From: Ureaplasma parvum serovar 3 str. ATCC 27815 | Lineage (GTDB): Bacteria; Bacillota_I; Bacilli_A; Mycoplasmatales; Mycoplasmoidaceae | Assembly: GCF_000019345.1 (NCBI RefSeq) | Contig: NC_010503.1 | Coordinates: 450,001-482,000, forward strand | Length of the DNA stretch: 32,000 nt | Reading direction: 5' to 3' | In this document: one piece after another, positions 12,259-21,207 of the stretch | Layout: every line of letters starts with the position of its first letter | Numbering within the stretch: the stretch's first letter is position 1 | Translations under genes and position numbers: made by a program | The notes under the pieces: model-generated | Told to the model about the DNA's origin: nothing | What the model saw: the letters and a program-made list of their open reading frames with translations, nothing else | Database searches by the model: none

Positions 12259-13416
12259 CTATGATTTATATACCAAAAAATCCACTTTTTGATGTCCAAT
12301 ATTAGTTTTAGAAACAATTCCACCGCCAATGCAATGATCATTTTGGTAAAAGACAGCATATTGCCCAGGAGTAATAGCTCTAGCTGACTCATAATTTATT
12401 AGTACATTTTTGGTATTTTTAATAGGTAAAAAATCGTTTACTATTATTAAATCTTGTCGGTGACGAAAGCGTACCATAATTGGAATTTGAGGATTATATG
12501 GTTCAATAAAATTTATATTTTCAATTAATGCTTGAGTTGAAATTAAATATTGTTTTTCAAAACTTGAAGGGGCAACGTAGATTATTTTTTTATCGATATC
12601 TTTATCACAAACAAACATTCTCTCATTCATGCCACCTAGATTCAATCCTTTTCGTTGTCCAATTGTATAATACATTGTTCCTATGTGATGACCAATAATT
12701 TGATTATTGACAATATTTATAATTTGCCCTGGTTGGTTAGGAATATAATTTTGTAAAAAAGTTTTAAAATTACGTTCACCAATAAAACAAATCCCTGTTG
12801 AATCTTTCTTATTAGCTGTAATCAAACCGTGTTTTTTAGCAATAGCGCGCACCTGTAGTTTAGTTAAATGCCCAATAGGAAATAGCACATTCTGTAGTTG
12901 ATTTTGGTTTAAATTACACAAAAAATAAGTTTGATCCTTATTTGTATCAATAGCTTTTAGTAAAAAAGATGAATTCCTATCATGCTTAACTCTTGCATAA
13001 TGACCCATTGCAATATAGTCAGCTTGTAATTCATTTTTAGCATAATTTAAAAAAGAATCAAATTTAATAAATTGATTACATAAAATATCAGGATTAGGTG
13101 TACGGTTCTTTTGATATTCGCTTAAAAAATATTCAAAAACGTTATCTCAATATTCTTTAATAAATTCAACACGATATAATGGAATACCGATCTTTTGAGC
13201 AACAGCCTGAGCATCTTGGTAATCTAATTCACTCTCACAACCCTGATGCGTTTTATTAAATTCATGGTTATTTTCAAAATTTGCAATTGTATCCCAATTA
13301 CTCATAAATAAACCAATCACTTCATAGCCTTCTTGTTTTAATAATAAAGCACTAACAGAAGAATCTACGCCACCAGACAAGCCAACAACGACACGTTTTT
13401 TTACTTTAACTTCCAT
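12259..13416 (-). CDS. mnmA: tRNA-specific 2-thiouridylase
   Basis: [19 protein letters not shown]-loop; [42 protein letters not shown] motifs. Confidence 0.95.
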
Positions 13417-13524
13417 AATATTTAGAAATCACCATCTTTAATTATTATAATATTATATAATTTTTTAATAGTGAATTCTTGATGCGTGAATTTATTTATA
13501 ATATTAATTTAAGAGGTATATTAA

Positions 13525-14421
13525 ATGAAAAAAGCAATTTTGATTTCCATTTCTTCATTAATTGGGATTAGTGCGATTGTCGCAACTAGTACTTTTTTGT
13601 CATTATCAGCCAAAACAAATATTTATGCAAAATTAATAAAATCAAGCGATCTTAATCAAAGTTTAAATTACACTAATTTATCAGATGCTAATATTGGAAT
13701 TAAAGAAATGCTTTTAGGTACTAATAAAATTAATAATGGAAATTATGTTTTATATATTGGAACACAATCAAACCTTGATAATTTAAATTTTGTTTATGAT
13801 AATCAAACTAACCATATTAATTCGATTAGTGATTTAAAATATAATGATAATTTGAAGTTTAATGGATCATTAGCAAAATCAATTAATAATGTCAAAAATT
13901 ATGCAGATAAAGGTGTTTATGAGCATGTCCCAGAATTCTATAGTTTTATTGATTTAATGGATACTAATGTTTTTAAACAAAAACAAGATTATGAAAATTT
14001 AATTAAACAAAATAAATCAAGCACTATTAAAGAAGATCAAAATTGAGCTAACAATGCACCAACAGATTATTCTTTTGATGTTAATAAAAAGTATAAAGAT
14101 AAAAGTGGAAGAGAAGTTTATTTTCGTAACGACACTCAAGCTGTTAAATTTCGTGAAATTTTAAATTTTTTAAAAAAATATTTATCAAAAGAAAAACTAA
14201 TTGAATTAAGTACATCACAAACTCCTGGAATTGTTTTGTTTTATTCTCAAGACAATCTTAGCAAGGGTCCACAAGTTTATGCTAGTTCAAAAATATATGA
14301 CAAATCAAAAAATGAACGTAAAGAATCATATGTTTCTGGGGACAACGTCTATAATTCATCACGTTTTGAATTTGGTGGAGATTTAAACGCTGCTATTTAT
14401 AGTGTCTATGGTAAAAAATAA
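13525..14421 (+). CDS. Hypothetical exported or N-terminally membrane-anchored protein (298 aa)
   Basis: MKKAILISISSLIGISAIVATSTFLSLSA signal-like N-terminus without a lipobox Cys. SD-like AGAGG upstream. TGA at 14044-14046 read as Trp joins the two listed ORFs. Confidence 0.75.
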
Positions 14422-14521
14422 TCAAATATAAAAACTATTGGTCCTTTTTCATACTTAATTACAAGTGTTCATATTTAAAAATATTTTTAATAATTAAAAA
14501 TAAATTCAAAAAAAATAATAT

Positions 14522-14564
14522 AAAAATAAGTTTAATGTTATCAAAAAACATTAAACTTATTTTT
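14522..14564. terminator. 16-bp perfect inverted repeat, probable intrinsic terminator
   Basis: AAAAATAAGTTTAATG-TTATCAAAAAA-CATTAAACTTATTTTT. Confidence 0.7.
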
Positions 14565-14567
14565 TAG

Positions 14568-14596
14568 TTGACTTTCTATATATATATATATATAAT
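14568..14596 (+). promoter_or_regulatory. Strong sigma70-type promoter with a TA-repeat spacer
   Basis: TTGACT (14568-14573), 17-nt spacer (14574-14590), TATAAT (14591-14596). Confidence 0.5.
14577..14594. repeat. (TA)9 dinucleotide repeat
   Basis: Uninterrupted TATATATATATATATATA read directly. Confidence 0.9.
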
Positions 14597-14651
14597 ATAA
14601 AATAATTGGATAAAGAAATGTCGTGATTTAAGAGGAATTGATTATGCAATA

Positions 14652-15458
14652 CTAGTTTTTTTGGTTTAAGATAGATTTATTAATAAAAACAAAACGAGCA
14701 CGCTCAAAATTATTAGAAGTATGATTTTTTAAAGACATTAACAGTTCATCATTATCTTTAAAAATAACTTTATAATTAATTACTTGTGGATGATATTTTG
14801 AAATTTTTATAATAATATCATTTCATCATTTGTCTTCTAAATTATTAATAACTCAAAAACCTAAAATTGTTAAACGCTTTTCTAAATCTTTAGTAATTAC
14901 GATTGTTAATCATTTATTTGATGATAAATTAAAACCATCGATAAAAATTTGATCAACATCTATATTATTTAGTTCTTGTTTTTTATTCTCTAAATAATCA
15001 AAAATTTTTAAAGCAATTTCATTACATAGTTTATCAACCATTTTGTCATTATAAATATTATAAATATCTTCTAATATTTTTTCATATTCATTTAATTGTA
15101 AATTATTGATTCCCAACGATAATAAGCGATATTCAAAATGTGAAATATCAACTTGGTATTTTGAAATAATTTTTGATTCAAAAGCTCCATTACGATCACG
15201 TGGAATATTAATTGAAACTTTTAAATCGTTCATATACAGTTGTTTTTTAGAAAAACCATTACGATAGTTTTTAGAATTACTACTTAAATAACGTTCAAAA
15301 CGTTCATAATTTAAATGATATTTCATTTCGATTGTCAATATATATTCTAAAAAGGTTCTTGTAAAAGTACTAATATAGTCATCTAGAATTGGTTTGTGCA
15401 AATACTTGTATTTTTTAACTAACTTCTCTAGAATTGTAAAAATATTCTTTTTGTCCAT
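14652..15458 (-). CDS. Degenerate IS256/mutator-family transposase-like protein (268 aa), frame intact
   Basis: FLEYILTIEMKYHLNYERFER...NYRNGFSKKQLYMNDLKVSINIPRDRNGAFESKII corresponds to the IS256 N-terminal signature (HLGYE...NYRNG...VPRDRNGxFEPxI). Truncated relative to full-length family members of about 390-410 aa. Confidence 0.7.
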
Positions 15459-15517
15459 AAAAAAACTCCATTGCAAAATAACAATGTTTAAAATAGATTC
15501 ATTGTTAATTAATAATA

Positions 15518-16291
15518 TTATTTATTAACATCACTAAGATTATCTTTTGACTTAGTGTGAAATAAAATTGTTTTTCTTTCTTGTTTTGTAGCGATGCTTA
15601 AAATATTTGTTTTGTGTCGATATATTAATAAACTTGCACTAACTAATAAGAAAAACCAAACATATCAGATTCCTTTTATAACATAATTTAAATCAAAAAA
15701 ATACGTAGTGAAATTTTGATTATAGTATGGTATGTAATTAATTCCTGGAACTAATACTAAAAAACAAGTGAAAGTTGCAGTAATCATAGCAGATAAAGAC
15801 ATATATTTAGTAATTAGTAAAATGACCAATAGTGTAATGATTCCAATTAGCGCTACTATTGGATCAACTGTAATTAAAAAACCGCCATAACATGCAACTC
15901 CCTTCCCGCCTTGAAATTTAAAGAAGATTGGGTAACAATGACCAATAATGGTGAAAATACCACCAAAATAAACTAAAATGGCTTGATTAAAACCATTACT
16001 TAAATCAAATGGAGCGTCTAAAGCATATTTGTAAATAATGTAAGTTAAACTAACTGTGGTGATTGGTTTAATAATATCTAAAAAAAGCGTTAATATACCT
16101 AATTTTTTTCCGTGAACACGTATCATATTAGTCATGCCTGCATTTTTAGAAGCAAAAAGACGAACATCTTGTTTTTTAAAAACTAAGGATAAAATGATGC
16201 TTGCATTTAAACTACCAATTAAATACGAATATAAAGGAGATATGATTAATGTAAGAATATAAGCCATGACAATGTTATATACTTGATCCAT
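15518..16291 (-). CDS. plsY: Glycerol-3-phosphate acyltransferase (acyl-phosphate dependent)
   Basis: YLIGSLNASIILSLVFKKQDVRLFASKNAGMTNMIRVHGKKLGILTLFLDIIK, and GHCYPIFFKFQGGKGVACYGG; PlsY motifs. Confidence 0.9.
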
Positions 16292-16505
16292 AAAAACTCC
16301 TTTCTTTTGACTTAATTAATATCATAAGTTTTAAAACAAATAATTTTAGAAAACAAACATTTTCATATTTGTCAATATTAAATATAACACACAAGTTCAA
16401 TCTTAAATATTAAAAATAAAAATTATTTTGAGCATAAATTTCAATTATGCAATGTTTTTTGTCTATAATAATATTTAAATATTAAAGCGATAAGGATGTG
16501 ATAAC

Positions 16506-17702
16506 TTGATTAATAATAAGAAATTTATTAATAAAACATTTGATAATACTAACCAAATACGATTGCAAAATAATTTAAAAACTTATGCTCCTAAATTTTT
16601 AAATTTAATTATTATTAATAATATTTTTGTATTAATTATGATTATTAGTTTGTGTATTTTCTTTTCTGATCCACATTTTTTATATCGAAACGATGTCATT
16701 TCGAACCAATATCGCCAATTTATATTTACATATCAGCAAACAGCAATCGCAATTGTTTTATATGTTTTAGCATGATATATAATGGTGAATTTTTTCTTCT
16801 TTGGCTATTTATTAGAATATGTAAAATTAAATAAATTTGAAACATTTAATTTTGCATTAGCGTCAATTTTATTTAATCCTTATGCTTATGTTATTATTGT
16901 TAAAAATTGAACATCATGATCTTTTTACTGACAACGTAGTTTTTATCATGTATTAAGTGAAAATAATAAAATTGAATTTAATATCAAAAATTCAAAAACA
17001 ATTTTCGCTTTAGTTTTTTTAATTATTGCTATTCCTTTTATAATTTTTTCATCGATTGATTATGTCCCGAAGAATCCAGGGCGTTTGATTATTTTTAACA
17101 AAAATAGTTTAGGCGAAAAGGTTATTTACACAAACAATGTCTGATTTCATAATATGCATTATTTTACTTCTCAAGGGAATTGAATGTGTATTGGAATTGC
17201 ATTCTTATATTTTATTAATCCAAAAGCACGTTGTACAAAAAACAATCGTGTTTTATTAATTGTTTTGTCTTACATTTTAATTATTAGTTCAATTTGATTA
17301 TGTGTTTTGTTTCCAATGTTTTCACGGCAATCAACTTGAGTTTGATTTAATAATATGGTGGGTTTTTATAATCATTTAATTACTCCAATATCTTTTACAA
17401 TTTTTGCTTATTATTGTATTATCAAAAATAAATATGCAATTCACATAAAGTATTTTTATGCATGAAAAGGATTTATGTTTTATGTAGTAATTTATGCAAT
17501 GTATGCGCTATTTTTACCTCTTTTAGCAAATGTTACTGTTTATGGAGCAATTACGAATATTTGACCAAGCGCAAATGGTAATCCTATTTTTGTAACAATG
17601 TTATTCGCACTAATCGGTTATCAAATTCTTGTTTTTAGCATAAATTGAACCATATTAAAATTCATTAACAAATACAAAAATAATAAAATCTTAATTGGCT
17701 AA
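16506..17702 (+). CDS. Conserved-type hypothetical integral membrane protein (about 398 aa)
   Basis: TTG start 16506 with AAGGA at 16492-16496. Continuous with TGA as Trp to TAA 17700-17702. Many TM segments. Confidence 0.75.
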
Positions 17703-17748
17703 TTTTTTTAAATGCAATTTTATTACCATGCATTTATAGAGCATAAAT

Positions 17749-17791
17749 AAAAAAAGTGAAAGCAATTTATAAAATGCTATTCACTTTTTTT
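17749..17791. terminator. Bidirectional intrinsic terminator
   Basis: AAAAAAAGTGAAAGCA...TGCTATTCACTTTTTTT between convergent genes. Confidence 0.8.
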
Positions 17792-17794
17792 ATT

Positions 17795-18451
17795 TTATTT
17801 AGCAACTTTTACAACTGCAAATTTAATAACTTTATCATTATATTTAAAACCATCACTAATAACTTCAACTACATGCATTGATGGTTTGTTTGTGTTTTCA
17901 ACAACTTCAAAAACTTCCATTATTTCGTCATTTAAACTATCATTAACCTGTGGAGATATTTTTGTAATTTTTAGATTATCTAAACCATCAATCATGTTTT
18001 GAGAAAACATTTTAAACCCCTCAATGAAAGCTTGGATTTTAGGATCATCATAGTTTTGATTTACAATTTTCGTAAAATGATTAATTGCATCTAATAAAGG
18101 TTCCATTTTAAATTTGAAAATTTTAAAGACAGCATCATTTACTTTGGCTTCATGGCGTGCTTCTAGTTCATTAACTTTTTGTTCTAGAATTTGTTGTGCT
18201 TGTTTTGCTTTTGTTTCTAATTGTTTGATAAAATCTTGATTTAATTGACTAATTTGCTCTTCTAACTGTTGATTTTTATCTTTTAAAAGTGTATTGATAT
18301 TTTGTAATTCTTTATTTTTCTTTAATTCATGTTCATATAATTCTTTATATTTAAATTCTTGCTTATTATGATTTTTAGTTTCTTTTTTATCAACTTGGTT
18401 GTTAACTTTGTCATTATTTTGGTGTTTGATGTTTTCATTATTTTTGCTCAT
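17795..18451 (-). CDS. grpE: Nucleotide exchange factor GrpE
   Basis: N-terminal coiled coil; FKFKMEPLLDAINHF...FIEGFKMFSQNMIDGLDNLKITKISP; C-terminal VVEVISDGFKYNDKVIKFAVVKVAK. Adjacent to dnaJ. Confidence 0.85.
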   Translation of the reverse strand: MSKNNENIKHQNNDKVNNQVDKKETKNHNKQEFKYKELYEHELKKNKELQNINTLLKDKNQQLEEQISQLNQDFIKQLETKAKQAQQILEQKVNELEARHEAKVNDAVFKIFKFKMEPLLDAINHFTKIVNQNYDDPKIQAFIEGFKMFSQNMIDGLDNLKITKISPQVNDSLNDEIMEVFEVVENTNKPSMHVVEVISDGFKYNDKVIKFAVVKVAK

Positions 18452-19578
18452 TATTTACTAATCTCCTTTAATACTTTATTTTTATAATACTCAACATTTT
18501 GGTTTGTACGAGTAGAAATATTTTTTAAATAAGCAATTTCATCTTTGGATAATTCAACTGGCTTTGCATAACGAATTGTAGTATAAAAATCTCCATTCTT
18601 TTTACCAAAAATATTTGATTTTTTATTAACGATTCCTGATCCACTAATTCTAAATTTTTTACCTTCAGGAGTATTTGAAGGAATTTCAATGGTTTTAATA
18701 CCATTAATTGTTACTACTTCAATTATTCCTCCAACAATTGCTTTGATGGGATCAATGTAAGTTTCTGAATAAATATCTAAACCATCTAATGCAAAATACT
18801 TTGATGGTTTAACACTAATGTGTAAATAAAGATCAAATTCTTGATTATTGACAATATTACCTTTTTTGCTTACTAATAATTTTTCACCTTCTCGTGTACC
18901 TGCTGGGATTTCAACAGTTAAATTAACACGTTCATTGATAACTTTTTTACCATAACATTGTTCACATTTGCTACTAGCAACTTTACCTGTTCCTTCACAC
19001 TCATGACATTCAACTTCTTGTTGAATTGTTCCAAATAAGGAATGAACATTTTCAATGCTAGTTCCTCTACCGTGACATTTAGTGCAAATTTTGACATCTT
19101 TAGGATCTTTTGCACCTGTTCCTTGACATTTATGACACGTAATTTTACGATCATAATTAATATTTTTAGAAATACCATTAACAGCTTCCATAAAATCTAA
19201 ATGTAAACGTAAGTGAATATCATATGTTTCATATTGGTTTGATGAATTATGTGAACTAGAAGCATTATTAAAAAAACTGCCAAAAATGTCATTAATATCA
19301 AAATCAACACCACCAAATCCTCCACTAAACCCAGAAAACCCACTAGCACTGCTAAAACCTTGTGGACCATCATGGCCAAATTGGTCGTATTGTGCACGTT
19401 TTTTAGAATCAGATAAAACCTCATATGCTTCATTAATTTCTTTAAAAAGAGTATCATCAGCAGATTTATTACGATCAGGATGGTGTTCTTTTGCTAATTT
19501 ACGAAATGCCGCTTTAATCTCTTCAGGAGTTGCTGATTTACTAACACCTAAAATTTCATAATAATCACGTTTTGCCAT
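18451..19578 (-). CDS. dnaJ: Chaperone DnaJ
   Basis: [38 protein letters not shown]-domain with HPD; four CxxCxGxG-type zinc repeats; 375 aa. Confidence 0.98.
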   Translation of the reverse strand: MAKRDYYEILGVSKSATPEEIKAAFRKLAKEHHPDRNKSADDTLFKEINEAYEVLSDSKKRAQYDQFGHDGPQGFSSASGFSGFSGGFGGVDFDINDIFGSFFNNASSSHNSSNQYETYDIHLRLHLDFMEAVNGISKNINYDRKITCHKCQGTGAKDPKDVKICTKCHGRGTSIENVHSLFGTIQQEVECHECEGTGKVASSKCEQCYGKKVINERVNLTVEIPAGTREGEKLLVSKKGNIVNNQEFDLYLHISVKPSKYFALDGLDIYSETYIDPIKAIVGGIIEVVTINGIKTIEIPSNTPEGKKFRISGSGIVNKKSNIFGKKNGDFYTTIRYAKPVELSKDEIAYLKNISTRTNQNVEYYKNKVLKEISK

Positions 19579-19642
19579 ACTTAAAACATTCCCCCTAAAT
19601 ATGATAATTACAATGATATATTATAACCTAAAATAATAAAAA

Positions 19643-19669
19643 TTAGCAATCATCATATCTGATTGCTAA
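19643..19669. promoter_or_regulatory. Variant CIRCE element upstream of dnaJ-grpE
   Basis: TTAGCAATC-ATCATATCT-GATTGCTAA: same 9-9-9 geometry as CIRCE with a symmetric substitution (C to A / G to T). Minus-strand TATAAT-like -10 at 19620-19625. Confidence 0.65.
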
Positions 19670-19705
19670 AAATAATCATAATTAATTATGAAAAAATAGA
19701 CAACG

Positions 19706-20155
19706 TTATTCCTTTTTTTCATGATGTTCATGATGACAAGGTTTGCATAAATCCATTTTATTCATATATAAATTAATTGTTTTGTAATTTAATTTAACAT
19801 TATATTGTGTTTCAAGAATTTTTTGAATTTTACGACAACCAATATAATGCTTATGACTTTTACAAATTTTTTCAATTAAATCCATATTTCTTTTTTTAAT
19901 TGGACAAACTTGATCTATTTTTAAGTCTTCTAGTCATTTATAATAACCAGAAATTGATACATCAAACAACGGAATTAATTTCGTTAAATGCATTTGGTGG
20001 TTTTTAATCAATTCATGAATCATTTTAAATTTTTCTTTTTTTGATTCATGATGACGATAAGCATTAATTACCTTAATAATATGATTTTGTTCTCATTCTT
20101 CATAATGATTAATTCTTAATGCATTGATATCAATGTTATCGACAATTTTTGACAT
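19706..20155 (-). CDS. IS3-family OrfB N-terminal (HTH_21-like) fragment, 149 aa, no DDE catalytic domain
   Basis: MIHELIKNHQMHLTKLIPLFDVSISGYYKWL...LIEKICKSHKHYIGCRKIQKILETQYNIKLNYKTINLYMNKMDL resembles the conserved OrfB N-terminus; ends at TAA 19706-19708 after KPCHHEHHEKKE. Confidence 0.65.
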
Positions 20156-21056
20156 AAGCAAAATAATTCCTCTCTTGACTATACTTTATATTATATTTGT
20201 TTATGTAAATTTTTTGCAAGTGATAACGTATTAAATAACCTACAATAAAAATTGCATACATAAATAAACACATAATTAAAGCGTTTAATCGGTAATTTAA
20301 TTGTAAGAATTGTGCTACGGTACCATATTGTGCATAAATTGGAGAATATCAATCACCAAAACTAAAACCACTAGCGTTATTCTTAATATTAAAAATTAAT
20401 ATCATCACGTTAACATAAATGATATAAGTAATTAGAATAATATGAATGATGATATATATCCAGTATATTTTAATGGTTTTACGCGTGTTTACAAATAAAT
20501 AAAATCCAAAAAGACACAAATAAAAGTGTAAACTAAAATAAATGGGATTAGGCTTGTCCCCTATAAAAATATAAGTTATTAAACGATTTCATCTAATTGG
20601 TTCATCACCAATTAGTCCACCAATAATTGTTAACAAACCAAAACAAAAGCACAAAAAACCTAAATGATTAATAATAATCTGTTTTTTATCAAAAATGGCT
20701 ACACATGAAATTAATACTGAAAAACAAGGACATCAATCTAATAAAAATGTGCGTGAAATTGTAATAGATGCTTCATATAAATCAATATCATCACTAAATT
20801 TATCCCTTAAAACATTGATTATTTCAATATGATTAATAAAAAAAACATGAATATTTGGTGCTCATCGCAAACAACAAAAATAAATTAAAAAACTTATGCT
20901 AATTAGAGTATTAATAATTCATTTAGTGTTTATAAAATAATTTCATGTTAACCAATTATGTTTTTTAATTTGTATTGGTTTAATAAGAAAATTAGCTAAA
21001 CCAATACAAGTAATGCAAAAAATAGTTAAACCAATTAAAAAATAATTTGCTGACAA
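20136..21056 (-). CDS. Hypothetical multi-pass membrane protein (306 aa)
   Basis: TTG start 21056 with AAGGAG about 9 nt upstream. Continuous with TGA as Trp. C-terminus overlaps the IS3-like ORF start by 20 nt. Confidence 0.65.
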
Positions 21057-21136
21057 ATAACAAGCACTCCTTATTTTTTAGTATAATTCTAAGTATTAAT
21101 TAAACCAAATTAATGTTTAACTTTAATAATTATATT

Positions 21137-21170
21137 ACAACATTATTACGAGTCTTAGTAATGTTGTTTT
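21137..21170 (+). promoter_or_regulatory. Terminator-like hairpin in the ileS leader (possible attenuator)
   Basis: ACAACATTA...TAATGTTGT followed by TTT, 38 nt before the ileS ATG. No plus-strand gene directly upstream. Confidence 0.4.
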
Positions 21171-21207
21171 AAGTAAATAATTCAAACAAAAAAAGGAAAA
21201 AGAGAGT

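Noticed and set aside
15480-15506. 7-bp palindrome AACAATG...CATTGTT between plsY and the transposase-like ORF as an IS terminal repeat.
   Set aside because: Both arms lie on the same side of the ORF and no counterpart was seen beyond 14652; more likely a weak hairpin than an IS end.
18918-19561. ORFs 18918-19178 (-), 19197-19457 (-) and 19286-19561 (+).
   Set aside because: Alternative-frame shadows of dnaJ, whose J-domain and zinc-finger repeats fully explain the sequence.
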